From Azolla caroliniana (Eukaryota; Plantae; Polypodiophyta): a stretch of DNA of 64,000 bases. Below, piece after piece: positions 37,201-49,746 of the stretch; the stretch's first letter is position 1; each line of letters starts with the position of its first letter. Made by a program: the position numbers and the translations under genes. Below the pieces are notes generated by a model. It ran no database searches and was not told where the DNA came from. It was given only the letters and a program-made list of their open reading frames with translations. The stretch covers positions 3,906,001-3,970,000 of the forward strand of contig JBHGNT010000013.1 of NCBI GenBank assembly GCA_043228905.1, given 5' to 3'.

Positions 37201-38772
37201 GCCAGGCTATTATCTTGCGGATAGTAAGGTGTGCTTCTCTTATCTACCATCGTGTAATGTGTTGTGAGCTCCCGAATAATTTTGTTGATGACATGGCCAC
37301 CCTGATTGCTAACTAACTTGATCAGGTAGCCGAATCAGCATCAGAGGCATTCATAAATGAATTTCATTGTTGAGGCAGGTGTGTTATCCTGAAGCGCCTT
37401 TGCTTCGACCCACTTTGTATAGTAATCAGTTGTGACAATAATGTATTGATTACCAGTTCGGGCTGCGGCCATCTTGAATGGGTCGATGAAATCCAACTCC
37501 CAATCTCGAATATGCTCGAGTGGAAGGATCGGTTGGTGGGGCATTCACACTCGCTCGGTAGGTTGACCCATGCATTGGCCAAGGTCGCATTGCTAGCAGA
37601 ATTCGTGCACATCCTTTTGTGTTGTTGGCCACCATAAGCCGCTTTGCCAAACTTTTCTACCGGGTGCATCACCTGCATAGTATACCCCAAAAATTCCATA
37701 ATGGGCTTCTCGGAGGATGGCGTCTTTTTGGAATCTCCGAACTGCTCGGCACCAGATTCCGTATGAACCTTTGTTGTATAATGTGTTGGTTCTCAACCAC
37801 AATCCTGATCCCCATCCGTTGGTTCAAAAACATATAGGCCGACAACTTCCACAATATCGATGACGAATAGATGGACGATCTTCGGGTGATACTCGAAGAA
37901 TCTGTCGACTTCGTTATCTGCTAAGGCATCTAGCATATGGACACCTTTGGCATACAGAGATGTAGCATCCTTCTGTGTGAGGACTCGCTCTTCCGTGGCG
38001 ATGCGAACCTTGGTCTTCCTTCGGCGGAAAGATATCAGGTTGTGTTGCCAGTGTTGTTTGATGTTCACGGTGCGTAACCAGGGGCGGCCAAGCAGCATTG
38101 GGTAAGCATCGGGAGCGTCTAGCCATAAAACCACAACCGAGATCGTGAAGGTGTGGCTGCTTAGGAAAAAATCGAGTTTCCGAATTAGGCCTATTTTAGG
38201 GTTTAGGGTTTAGGGGCATGCCAAATTGTGTTGCTCCTTCCTGGAGAACACATTCGATTACTCCTCCTAAGTAATCGGATCAAGGAATCATGGTGCGTAG
38301 GAGCTAGGGGCCCGAGTAGGGGTCAGATTGTTACGACCGATTTAGATAACACTTCGACAACCGGCTACAATTGATTAGTACATACACCTTATATACCGAA
38401 TGTAAACAAGTTGAGATATGGATCGAAAATGAGACAGACACAGACAGAGATTGATCCACAAGTATATATGTATTCGATTGCTGCAACATATAATAAAGAT
38501 ACAGATACAATGATTGAGTAGAACCCGTATCACTCACTCACTCAATACTAAACTAGAACTATGCTTAGTTGGCTTTGGGAATTCTATTTTTCTCTCTCTG
38601 CTGGTATTGACCCCTTCTCGATTATATAGCCTTTCCTTTGCTTGATGCTTGCCCCCTCTTCATTGATATTCGGCTTTTACCTTCAGTTGTTAGTGTTCGG
38701 CTCCTTTTGCTCTTTCCACATTCATCCTATGCGTCCCTTTCATACTTTGTTCCTGTTGTCCCACAGATAACA
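34205..38772 (-). mobile_element. internally deleted non-chromovirus (Tat/OTA-like) gypsy element
   Basis: LTRs 34205-34744 and 38229-38772; perfect TSD agatg; PBS-like tttggcatgccc. Retains protease C-half (YPMLLGRPWL), integrase (LWWPT, TKWVEAKAL, WDDKLHNAVWAY) and extra 3' coiled-coil ORFs (35130-36300). gag, RT and RNase H are missing. Confidence 0.88.
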
Positions 38773-39845
38773 AGATGGATTCCTTGCCTGAGAACCACAC
38801 ATATGAACTAACCGAACTAGCAAGAGGAAAGAAGGCACTTCGGAATAAGTGGGTACACAAATTGAAGCCGAGAGAAAGCGGGAATCCACCAAGATACAAA
38901 GCCCGACTTTTGGTGAAAGGCTTTCAGCGGAAGAAGTGGGTGGATTTTGATGAAATATTTGCTCTGGTATTGAAGATGACATGAATCCAAACAGTGCTGA
39001 GCATAGCGGCTAGAATGGACCTTGAAGTCAAGGAACTAGACATCAAGGCAACCTTCCATGATGGAGATTTGGAGGAAGAGATTTACATGCACCAGCCAGA
39101 AGGATTCGTGGAGAAAGGTAAAGAAAACCTAGTATGCCGATTGATGAAGAGCTTATATGGGCTGAAGCAAGCACATCGACAATGGTACAAAAAGTTTGAA
39201 TCCTTCATGGTGGATCACGGTTTCCACAAGTCACAACCCGACCACTGTGTCTTTGTTAAGAAATATGATGGAGGAGAGTTTCTCATCCTCCTATTGTAGG
39301 TTGATGACATGTTGATTGTCGGATAGGACCCGAAGAAAATAAGAAGGTTTAGGGTTGGCGAAGGGTCAGGTTGTTGAAGTACTCCACGCTCAAGTGAAGG
39401 GGGAGTTTGTTGGGAAAACATGTCCCTCCGGATGGGAAGATTACGAGCCGAATCGGATTGAGAGTCGACAAGAAAATCGAATGAACAAAAATTGACAAAT
39501 CGAATAATCGATTAATAGCTGATTCGGGAAGCTATATTTGTAAATAGTCTTAATGTGCCCATTGGGACTATATTTTTAAATAGCCCTGAAAGTTGTATTA
39601 ATATAAATATGTTAATAATTAAGTAATTAACTAAGGGGGAGTTTGTTGGGAAAACATGTCCCTCCGGATGGGAAGATTACGAGCCGAATCGGATTGAGAG
39701 TCGACAAGAAAATCGAATGAACAAAAATTGACAAATCGAATAATCGATTAATAGCTGATTCAGGAGGCTATATTTGTAAATAGTCTTAATGTGCCCATTG
39801 GGACTATATTTGTAAATAGCCCTGAAAGTTGTATTAATATAAATA

Positions 39846-40317
39846 TGTTAATAATTAAGTAATTAACTAAGGGTTCATTAGTATCTAATTATGTGACAAG
39901 TTAATCACATATGTGGTTAAGCCGTGGAAGATTATGTGATATGTGTGAGAGAGAAAGGGATAGAGGAAGCTACACTCACGAACAATGAGATAAATGGGGG
40001 ATGATTGACAAGAGTGTAGCTAAAGACATTTCTCTATATTAATAAGCATCAAGTTACAAAAATACCCACAATGAGGTATATATACAACTCATGTGCAAGG
40101 GTGCACATGTGTGAGTAGAATATAGGTACAAGGATGTAAGTCCTATATTAAATATACTTGGTAGTGGAGGATCTAGAATGTATCCCACTTACGTACAAGT
40201 ACAATATCCTATTTAAGGGTTTAAAAGGTCAACACACTAACTAGATTCTATCTAGGTAACTACTAAGTTACGTTGTTAACTAAATGGCTAAACTTAGTTG
40301 AGTGTGATAGCTCAACA
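39846..40317. repeat. solo LTR
   Basis: tgtta...caaca ends, perfect TSD aaata; removal restores the host LTR TATA region. Confidence 0.8.
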
Positions 40318-40591
40318 AAATACAATTAGGGCAAACCTTATAAGGTGTGAATCATTATTGTGAAATAGTTGTGGAAGGTAGTTGCATCTGTAATTACAAA
40401 AGAGAGAGAGAGAGAGAGTGTGTGTGTGTAACTCTGTAGCCATCAATCGATGAAGAAAAGTTCAAGCTCGGTGCCTTGAATCCTCTTGTTATACTCCTCC
40501 CCTTATAGTGATTCGTTTTGAAGTTTGTGGACTCTAGGTGGTTTTCCCTTTTCGGGTGTTTCCACATTAAATACTTGTGTCCCTTTGAGTT

Positions 40592-41407
40592 TGTTGGGAG
40601 ACAGGTCCCTCCGGATGGGAAGAGAGAAGAACAGTGTCGATGAACAAACTCGGCCGAGGCCGAAACCGGATGAGGAGTACTTGGCTACGGAGAGCCGAAT
40701 GGTGCAAACCCGGTGAGAACCGGATGAGGAGTACCCGGCTACGGAGAGCCGGATGACGCAGACCCGGTGAGAACCGGATGAGGAGTACCCGGCTACGGAA
40801 ATCCGGATGACGCAGACCCGGTGAGAACCAGATGAGGAGTACCCGGCTACGGAGAGCCGGATGGTGCAGACCCGGTGAGATCCGAATGAGGAGTACCCGG
40901 CTATGGAGAGCCGAATGGTGCAGACCCGGTGAGAACCGGATGAAGAGACATATTCATAAATATGTTTCTGAGAGTCCATCAAGGCTATATTTGTAAATAA
41001 CCGAAAAGTCATATTAGTATAAATATGACTTAGGGCAAACTTTTAGGAGTTGTTGTTGTCATTTCTTGTTGGTGCAAGAAGAAGAGTGAGCACGTAACAG
41101 TTTACAGAAAGAGAGAGAGGAAGAGGTCGCAGCCTCTGTTGTAACCGCCGCCTGTGGCGAGGATCGTGAGCACGAGGTCGTTGCCTCCGTGAACTCACTG
41201 TTGTACATTCTAACGTAGCGATAGTTTGTAGCCTGTGGGCTGCCGTGGTTTCTTCCCTTAGTTTGGGTTTTCCACGTAAACATCCTGTGTACATTTTTCT
41301 TTCTCTTCTCCTTTGTGTCGCGTGTTTTTCGTTTCCTGTTTTCTGTGTATGATTCTAAGCTCGGTTGTGGCCGAGCGTTGTGCATAAGGAGCGTCGAGTT
41401 CCCGTCA
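40592..41407 (+). repeat. solo LTR (copia-type) with 54-bp internal tandem repeats
   Basis: TG...CA ends, perfect TSD gagtt; same family as 54680-55379. Confidence 0.9.
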
Positions 41408-42207
41408 GAGTTTTCATTTTTCTGTTTTTTGTCTGTGCACTATCTTACTCGATTCTTTGCACCCGAATATACAAACGAGAAACCGCTTGCTGTCGGTCAT
41501 GATCCTAACAACGATATTATTTCCTGCACAAGTAGCTAACAACGGACGTAAGACCCCACAACGGGAGAAGGGGCAGTTATCACAGGCATTACCAAAATAA
41601 GTAGCCCGAAGACCAATACCATGAGAAGAGTGGCAGGAACCAGAGCCAACACCGGAGCAAAGACATGATGCCTAGCATCAATTAGAGCTGAACCAAATAG
41701 CAGAAGCCAAGCCAACGCCCGCCACCCAACTGTTGACCTAAGCACCACAAGGAAAATAATCACAAGACAAATCAAGACCATCACCACGTCAAAAACAGAG
41801 GAGGTAGCGGTTGGCATCACAACGCGTTTCAACTGAAAATAAGTGTCTCAAGAAGAGAGTAGGCCGACAAAACGAACTAGAGTCGAACAATAGTTGGCCG
41901 AACAACCCTAACCAACAGAAGCACCAACAACAATGGAGGCACCAGTCAAACCTGTGCAGAAAGACACCATGGAGAAAGAAAAGGTGTGAACAATAACACT
42001 GCATGAGGTCCTTGGACTAACCAACATCCAATCAGCAACATGTGAATTCACAGCGTTGTTGTAGTTCGACACATCAAATGAACTAGTGGGTTTTGTTAGC
42101 AAAGAGATTACAATTCGCCTCCGACCTATTAGCCCAAGAACATAGAGATTGATAAATGATCCAGAGGGCCATGCTCGGTGCACTCGAGCTAGAAGAGGAA
42201 AGGGAGT

Positions 42208-42517
42208 TGTAGAGGATCGGACGCTAGAGAATTGTGTTGAGAATTGGGTCCCTTTCAGATGGGCCAAATTCAGGACCCAGTCGGAATCTGGGAACTGGAT
42301 GGAGTCCTTATAAGTATCCGGAAAGGTCAAATATGCAAATAGGTTTTGTGTCAAGCAAATTTAGGCTAGTCATGTAAATAGCTCGAAAGTTATCTAAGTA
42401 TAAAGATAACTAGGGCAAACTACGTAGATGTTCATTCTGTTGAGTCGTCTTGTTCATCTAGTGGTGTGTGTGAGTTGTCTGTGTAACTGTGTACAATGTG
42501 TCCGCGATTGTTGTATC
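42208..42517 (+). repeat. LTR-like fragment preceded by a PPT
   Basis: agaagaggaaagggagt followed by tgtag; its TATA region taaatagctcgaaagt...tagggcaaac resembles the neighbouring copia LTRs. Confidence 0.45.
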
Positions 42518-45087
42518 CATGGTTGTTTATATACCCGTATTTAACGTTTAAATACGTATAGTACCTCATCATTTGTATAGTACGTTGTCGCGAAGTTTTG
42601 CGCACGTGTGTTACTTGGGCGGGACCACGGGGGTCTCAGACTAGGGAGTACTCAAGGGATAGAGAAGACCCGAGGTTTGCTTTATGAAAATACTACTTCC
42701 CCACCCCTTCTCGAGCAAGGTCTCGTTCCCCTTTGTTTTGTGAGGCTGGTGGCTCTCGTTGTCACGACTCGTCGACCTTTCGAGATCACCGTACGAGCCA
42801 AGTGACCAAACGAGTACAAGCAAGATGAGCACGCAACATGAACGCACAAAGGGGACGATAACACAAACACGAATGTCCGTATGGCTTTATGAGGAGGAGA
42901 GGTGCATGGGCGCGCCTGAACGCTCCCTTGTGACAAGACGTCGAACGTACGAGGAAGACACAAAACACACGCACAAAATGCTCGTATGCCTTTATGAGGA
43001 GGAGAGGTGCATGGGCAAGCCCGAACGGTCCCCTCGTCACAAGACGGTCGACCGTACAAGGAAGACACAAACACACACACAAATGCTCGTACGCCTTTAT
43101 GAGGAGGAGAGGTTCATGGGCAAGCCCGAATAGTCCCCTTGTCACAAGACGGCTGAACGTACAAGGAAGACACAAACACACGCACAAATGCTCGTACGCC
43201 TTTATGAGGAGGAGAGGTGCATGGGCAAGCCCGAACGGTCCCCTCGTCACAAGACGGCCGAACGTACAAGAAAGACACGAATAAAGAAAGAAGGAGAGAA
43301 AGAAACACGAACGATATTGACCAAAGAGTTAAATACGTGTTCGATTCTAATGCAAGAGGACCCTTTATAAAATAGGGTTTTGTTTACAATGGCAACTTAT
43401 ATATAGTTAACCATAAGCTCAATCAAAACATAAATATTAAATGCCCTTAGAAACAAGGCAAAACCGAACACGGCGAAGACGAACACACGAGCACCACCAA
43501 AATGCCAGTCCCAACGAACCACGACCACTCGAACGGTGAGCACACGGGCTCTGAACGACGAACGGGGCGGAGCAACGTCGAACCAGCGAAGCTTGGGCTC
43601 ATGAGCACTTCGAGTGCCGACACGAATAAGACGAGCACGTGGCGATGGGGGGATGAAGGGGTATGAGATGAAGAAAAGTGGTGAATAAGGAGATGAAGAG
43701 CTTCGAAGGAAAATTGGCGATAGTCTCCTCCTCCCAAAACGTCCTCCCTAATGAGCCCCGCTCGACCTCCTTTTATAGGAAAAAAAGAAGGGTGGGGGTC
43801 GCCAAATTTGTCTTCAATGAAAAAGGAATAAAATTCCTTAAATCACGTTGCACTATAAGACTAGATTCGAACCATGCACCTCTAGCTAGTAGTCAATGTG
43901 ACTATCCACTAACCCACTAACTCTTTTTCATATAGTATATAATTCTATCTCTATAAATTTATAGCCTGTCTCCCCTCTACCCTTTATCTCTCCTCTCTCT
44001 TACTTTTTGCACGAGCTTCTATACCTCCCTTTTACCCTTTCTTTTCCTTTTTATTTTGCATATGTACAATTAATCGCTTTTGTGTGCACACACATTGCAC
44101 ATGCACATTTTTTACCCCCTTTTCGCCGGTTTTTCCCACCCTCGAGCACGCCACATCACGACAACGTACTATACCTCAATGTTGTTCAGTCAAATATCAT
44201 GTACATTTGTCCAATACAGTATTTAACGTATTTATAAAAAAACAGGTATAATGCGTATTTATAAAGAAAATGTAAGTAAAACCCTAACAAAAAGCAAAAG
44301 AAAAAAAAGATTTTAGTGAAAAAGAAGCAAAAGGAAGGAAGAATAGAAGAATAGAGGAGACGACGAAGTAGTAATATACTAAGGTCTCCTTCTATTTTTC
44401 TTATGTAGACTTTTCAAGTAATACACTAAGGTGTATCTTCCTTTAAAAAAATAAAATAAAATAAAATAAATAGAAGAGACGACAATGAAGAAGATGAAGA
44501 AGATGAAGAAGATGAAGATGAAGAAGATGATGAAGAAGAAGAAGAATAGAGAAAAGAAGACATAAACCTATCTTGAGTGTGATAATCGCAGAAGATAGAA
44601 GAAGAAGAAGAAAACGAAGAATAGAGAAACCTATCATGAGTGTGATAATCGTAGACGATTCCTCAATCTATGAAGGTATAATTGTAAATAATTACAATTT
44701 GAAGTAGAACATCGTGATACACACTTACACTGATTTATAGAATATGGGAATTTCGACATCCATATTACTACAAGTATTTTAGGATGCAAAATGTTCAAAT
44801 GTCTTATATGCATTTTAGGATGTAGAACTATATTGTACAATGTACATCACAAAATTGTGTAAACATAGATTATTTTTTACAATATTATAGATATTTTTTA
44901 GAAAGGTAAATAATTTTCAAATTCTAGAAGTATTTAACGTACTATACGTAAAATACGTATTTTATAAGTATTTAACATATTAAGAAAACGTATTTAACGT
45001 ATTTTTAAATTGGGAGGTACTATACGGGTATTAATACGTTAAATATGTATGGTATCCGTACCGTAGCTAACGTACCTAACAACCTTG
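42518..45087. mobile_element. non-autonomous hAT-like DNA transposon
   Basis: Termini CATGGTTGTT / AACAACCTTG; 8-bp TSD gttgtatc/gttgtctc (7/8); inverted subterminal tatttaacgt motifs; no transposase ORF. Confidence 0.7.
42578..44171. mobile_element. non-autonomous TIR element (Tc1/mariner-like, TA flanks) nested in the hAT-like element
   Basis: TIRs tagtacgttgtcgcga / tcacgacaacgtacta, both flanked by TA; internal ~109-bp tandem repeats 42850-43280. Confidence 0.6.
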
Positions 45088-45350
45088 GTTGTCTCTGTAG
45101 TAGAATAGACGAAGTGAAGTGCCAAAGGTCAAAGCCAAACGGGTCAAAGGACCAAAGCCAAAGAGGCTTTAAGCTGAAGCGGACAAAGGCCAAAAAACAA
45201 AAGAGCAAAGGGAGAAGGACGACAAGGGATGAAAGGATGAAGAGGCAAAAGGGCCAGAAGGCCGTAGCCGTAGTCGAAGCGCTGAGAGTTGGGACGGCCA
45301 AAAGAGCCGATTGTTGAACCCTAGACTTCATACATGAGCTTGAGGGTGAG

Positions 45351-45718
45351 TGTTGAGATGTCAAACTCAACTAGCTCGACTTTAGTTAGTATAGAAGGAA
45401 TCTAATTAGGTTTAGATTTTAGTGCTTATGAATGAGTCAGTTGTACTTGTGTTAGCCCACTCTTTATGAAAGGAATAAAGGACCTTGTATAAAAGATGCT
45501 CATTGAGCATGCTAGTTGTATGGGTTGATTGTTTTGTTAATAAAGGCGTCGTCTTTTCTTTCAGTGGATTCTCTTTCTATTGCTTAATCTCTATGTCAAT
45601 CTCAAACACTATGATCATCTCCATGTTTGTTTTGTTTCTGTTATTAGTCTCTATGATATACTAGTTGATTTCACAAAGTTGATAGTCTGTGGACTTCTGC
45701 AACAGAAGCTAGTTGACA
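45351..45718 (+). repeat. copia-type 3' LTR fragment
   Basis: gagcttgagggtgag followed by tgttgaga matches the PPT/LTR junctions at 8831 and 63929; right end uncertain. Confidence 0.5.
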
Positions 45719-46019
45719 CCACCATGCGGCAAAAACATTTAAGCCTCATTGCCTTATTCACATATATCAGATTAATTTCGACATTGTATGCTTTTAAAAA
45801 TTTTGGGATGTTATCCCCATTAAAACGACCAACTTTTTTTTAGCACACTTCTATTTTTCTCTTTTGTGCATTATTCTTATCATCATTCCTAAAATCATCA
45901 TCACAAAATCCTCATTTAGTGTAACCATCCTCTCCTACCACACTTTGACATCGAGTTCACCAAAGAATGTCATGAAGTTACGTGCATACGTGTGCTATTT
46001 GAGCGTGATCACCAAGAAC

Positions 46020-46550
46020 TTGAACAAGAGAGGATGAGTAGCTCGAAGGCTCATCAAAGTCGAAATATCCTAATAGTGGGAAGGTCGTTAGACTCAAAGG
46101 TTTGTCTGAGTCGAAAGATCATTAGAGTCGAAATATAGTCAGACTTGAAAATTCATCGGACTCGAAATTTCCTAGACTTAAAGGCTCGATGGAGTCAATT
46201 GAAAGGTTGCTCACATATAAGGGATCATAGAGTTGAAGGTGGCTCAGAATTGAAGATTATGTAGAATGGAAGGTAATCCCAAGTTGAAGATAAGTGAGTC
46301 AAATGTAACCTAGAGTTGAAAGGAAGTTTGAGTCCAAGGTACCCAGAGTTGAAGATAAGTTAGAGTTAAATGTAATTCAGAGTTGAAGGTAAGTTAGAGT
46401 CAAAGATAAATTAGAGTCGAAGGCTCGACACAATCGAAGGTAAGTCAAAGTCGAAATTTCTATAGAGTCGAAGGTAAGTCAGAGTTGAACAGTCAGCAAA
46501 GTCAAACTATAGTTAGAGTCGAAGGCTCTTTAGAGTCAAAGGTAGCCATG
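46020..46550. repeat. degenerate ~18-20-bp tandem repeat (tagagtcgaaggtaagt)
   Basis: Recurrent agagt(c/t)gaagg motif. Confidence 0.7.
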
Positions 46551-46681
46551 AGCAGAACAACAAATTGTGTGCGAGATTAGGATTGAATCAAATAATTAGC
46601 CCAAAGATCATGATATTACGGATGGATTTTACAATATTATCTCCATTGACTTCCTCTTGACAAGACGACCAGAAGTATCCT

Positions 46682-49214
46682 TTATGTGGCCCCACTTCTT
46701 GCAATATGCACAGAAGAGGTTCGGTTTCTTGGAGTCGCGGTCAAGAGTGTCACTAGATTGCTTACATTTCCCAATGAACTTGACATTCGGAGTTCTGGCG
46801 AACTTAGGTTTATTGTGGTCTTTCTTGTAAGTTCTCTGGTACCGAGGTACAATGTTGATGGCTTCCTCGAAAGTTGCGGGGTCCTTTTCATGGACAATTC
46901 AATGGTAATCCCCATTGGGAATACAATTCAAAAAGAAAACAACAAACCATTTCTCACCTGTAAGTCTCGAGTTTTGGATCTGGGTCAGAGTTTTGGAGTT
47001 GAGAGGTCTCGTTCGGAGAGATCGCTCCAACAATGTTCAAAACTTGTTCCATGATGCAAGTTGTGGGTATGCAATATAAATAAGGAGGTTCAGAAAATAC
47101 ACAAGCATAATGAATGCTTGAAATTTTGATTGTCTTGAACTTTACCAAGAAAGCATCTCACCTCTTTACCCCTCTAGACATATGAGATGTGATTCGAGAT
47201 CCGATAACTATGGTAACACTATGGTGTTTTAAAAACCATGGAGGAAAACATATCTAAGATGTCTTTCTTGGATCTCTATCTTGAATAATGATGGCGGCTT
47301 CCTGAGGCTCAACCATGGTTCTAACATCAAAGAGGTTTCCTAGTTAGCCTTATATTAGAATGCCAACCCAACATATATTGATATGGTCCAGAATGTGTAT
47401 TATGTGAAAAAACAAGTGCACTCGCAAGTAATATTCTAGTCTTGCGAGTAGCAAGAAAATGTTATGAAAAAAAGAGAAAAAGAAGTCACTATCTATAATA
47501 GTGAACAAGTGATGAAAACAAGGTTCCAAAACCATGCGTTGTCTACTAAAAAAAAGTACCACCAATAAATGGACTTGCGATGTATGAACATATCCATCCC
47601 AATATGGTGGTTGTAATTTGCACAATTGTGACATAAGCCACAAATTGATACAAGTGGTGGTGGTGCTGTGAGCAGAGATTTATTACTAGAATCTATGAGT
47701 AAAACATCAATAGGGGAACTCATGTGTTTTTAATCGAGTTCTAAGGCTCAATTACATGACTTAAACCTAGAGGAAACTTTGGAAAAATATTTAAAACGTG
47801 GCATAATGCCCACTTAATACGTAAAAAATAGACTACACAAAATCGTTACCCAATAGGGAAACACACGTAAATAGTGTAGATGAACATAAAAATTAAGGTT
47901 AAAAAAAATAGTGAAGTGTGGGTGGGTAGATGAAAATCATAAGAAAATCTTAAGAAAGGGAGAAGATAACTTGTGTAATTAAAAAATAGGTAGAATAATA
48001 ATCAATTAGGTGTATGAACATTAACTTAGTGGGCCTTAAGGGATGAAACCCTAAGGTAGTCGACATGCACCACCTCAAGACCACCACATCTCCGTAGAAT
48101 CGGCCAATTGATAGCTCAATAAAGAGTAAAGTGGCATAGGTAAGTGACATATACCTCGTTAAGGCCACAACATCCCATAGAATCGGCTAAGTGATGGCTC
48201 AATAGAGAGTACAGTGGCATAGGTAGGCGACATATACCTCGTCAAGACCACAACATCCCATAGAATCAGCCAAGTGATGGCTCAATAAAGGGAAGAGTGG
48301 CATACTCAATATCATATCCAGAAGGGCCATGAGGTGAGCGTGTGTGATTAGGGTAAACAAGCTCGACCCGATGCACAAGAATAATTATTACCGTAAGAGA
48401 TAGCTCAAAAGAAGGGAGAGTGAAAGATACATCACAATATGCAAAAGGGCCATGAGTTTAACGGTGTGCGATTAGTAGAAATACGCTCGGCCCGATGCAC
48501 AATAAAATTGTAGCATGGTAGAAAGTAGAAAGAAAGAAAATAAAACGTAATAAAAATTTCATTCGACCAAGAAGAACGCATCATAGAAAAGAAAAGTGAG
48601 ATCAAGAAAGAAAAATACCGGGTTAAGAATGTTGTTTTGATCCTGTGAAGAGCAAGACGACCTTGTTACATCCCCATCGCTCACACACAAAAAACATCAA
48701 AACAACAAAAAAAAATTGTTAGTAAATTCTCTGATACCACTGTTAAGAGTCTATTACTAATCAATAGACCAAAGTAAAGTAAAAGAAGGAAAATAGATTG
48801 GATAGAAGAACCCGTTCCACCTGACCACCCCCGAGTTATGATCTACACATAGCCAACCTACCACCGACGTCCCATACCGCCGGATATTAGGATGACTAAT
48901 ACCTTGGAAGGGATAAACACGATCGTTGAGACGAAAGCCTAACCCACACCACTAATGTCTAAGATAGCAGCCTTCTGACGTACTATGCTTATGAGGGTAG
49001 CTAAGCCTCATATTTATACCTTTTACTAGGCCCCTTGAATAGATGTGCCTTTCTAAAAGGGTCTCCATTCATTGGTTGCCCAAATCATGATAGTGCATGC
49101 ATCTATCATTCCTTCTATCCAATCACATTAGCCCCTTTTTAACATTAGTGAACATACCCTTCACTAATGTAAATATTAATGACCTACCTTCACCAACGTT
49201 ATGTGTACATAACA
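46682..49214 (-). mobile_element. 5' part of a degenerate LTR retrotransposon (LTR, tRNA-iMet PBS, long leader, gag remnant)
   Basis: LTR 48741-49214 (tgttaa...taaca); PBS TGGTATCAGAG on minus strand 48729-48739; three 83-bp repeats 48050-48305; CAYCKKWGH zinc knuckle near 46690. Confidence 0.65.
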
Positions 49215-49223
49215 ATGGAACTG

Positions 49224-49746
49224 CTAAGTGATTCCAAGTAGTTCTCTCAAAGTAAGGTTGACATGACTGTCTAAAACCTCAAGGACCTTCCGCAAGTCAG
49301 CTGTTTGTTCAATGTCCGACTTTAGCTTGTAATTCGTCGCCACTCGTTCTTTTCCTTTCGTCACAGATTCATCTACTTCCATCTGAGCAGGTTGGCTCGA
49401 TCCACCGGGTTTCATGCTTGTTTTTCCAACCTCTTTTCATGGAGTAAATTAGACTTGCCCTTCTTTCCCTATGTTCCCCGTGCTGGAATGCTTTGATGTG
49501 CCATCTTCTTCAACGACTCTTTTCCTCTTCTCTTCGATAGGACCTTCATAGTTGTCGCACACAATGCAAAGCTTGTGTTATCATCGATTGGATCCAACCA
49601 TTCCATAACTCGTTGCACATTCTGATCAACCAGTTTTAGATCCTCCAAACTGATTTTTCCTTTTTTCTCTCACTCGAAGACCGTTAGCCAAAACCTAGCT
49701 ACTAGATGTGTGCCGCCAAGACCAAAGGGTCGGTTAGAGTCCAGAA
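49224..49746 (-). pseudogene. gypsy gag-protease linker fragment
   Basis: YKLKSDIEQTADLRKVLEVLDSHVNLTLRELLGI, and an upstream CIVC..YE knuckle-like remnant. Confidence 0.5.

Larger units (their letters stand above)
1..41510 (+). mobile_element. Ty1/copia retrotransposon A (outermost host element, decayed; 5' end outside window)
   Basis: Removing the nested inserts rejoins one gag-pol. Pieces: gag 1-63 + 12835-13168 (KTLIVTLGN..SLLTEEARRK..CFYWGKPG), protease/integrase 20798-21634 (WVVNSGASFHLT, LWHKRLCHMS, LELVHMDVC), integrase 33423-34199 (TPELNGLVER, FWAEA), RT 38778-39330 (YKARLLVKGF, LYGLKQA). PPT gaagggggagt near 39396, then the 3' LTR. Confidence 0.88.
39408..41510 (+). repeat. 3' LTR of copia A, interrupted by two solo LTRs and a 236-bp duplication
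   Basis: Starts tgttgggaaaac after the PPT, ends gatcctaaca; 39397-39632 is repeated at 39633-39870. Confidence 0.75.

Noticed and set aside
40503-43370. Repetitive ORFs (GYSSSGSHRV..., LYEEERCMGKPER...) as proteins
   Set aside because: They are translations of 54-bp and ~109-bp tandem repeats within an LTR and a non-autonomous element
44443-44637. Leu/His-rich small protein
   Set aside because: Antisense reading of a GAA/GAAGAT microsatellite
48050-48305. Link between this 83-bp repeat and the 83-bp array at 22 kb
   Set aside because: Same period but no sequence similarity by eye
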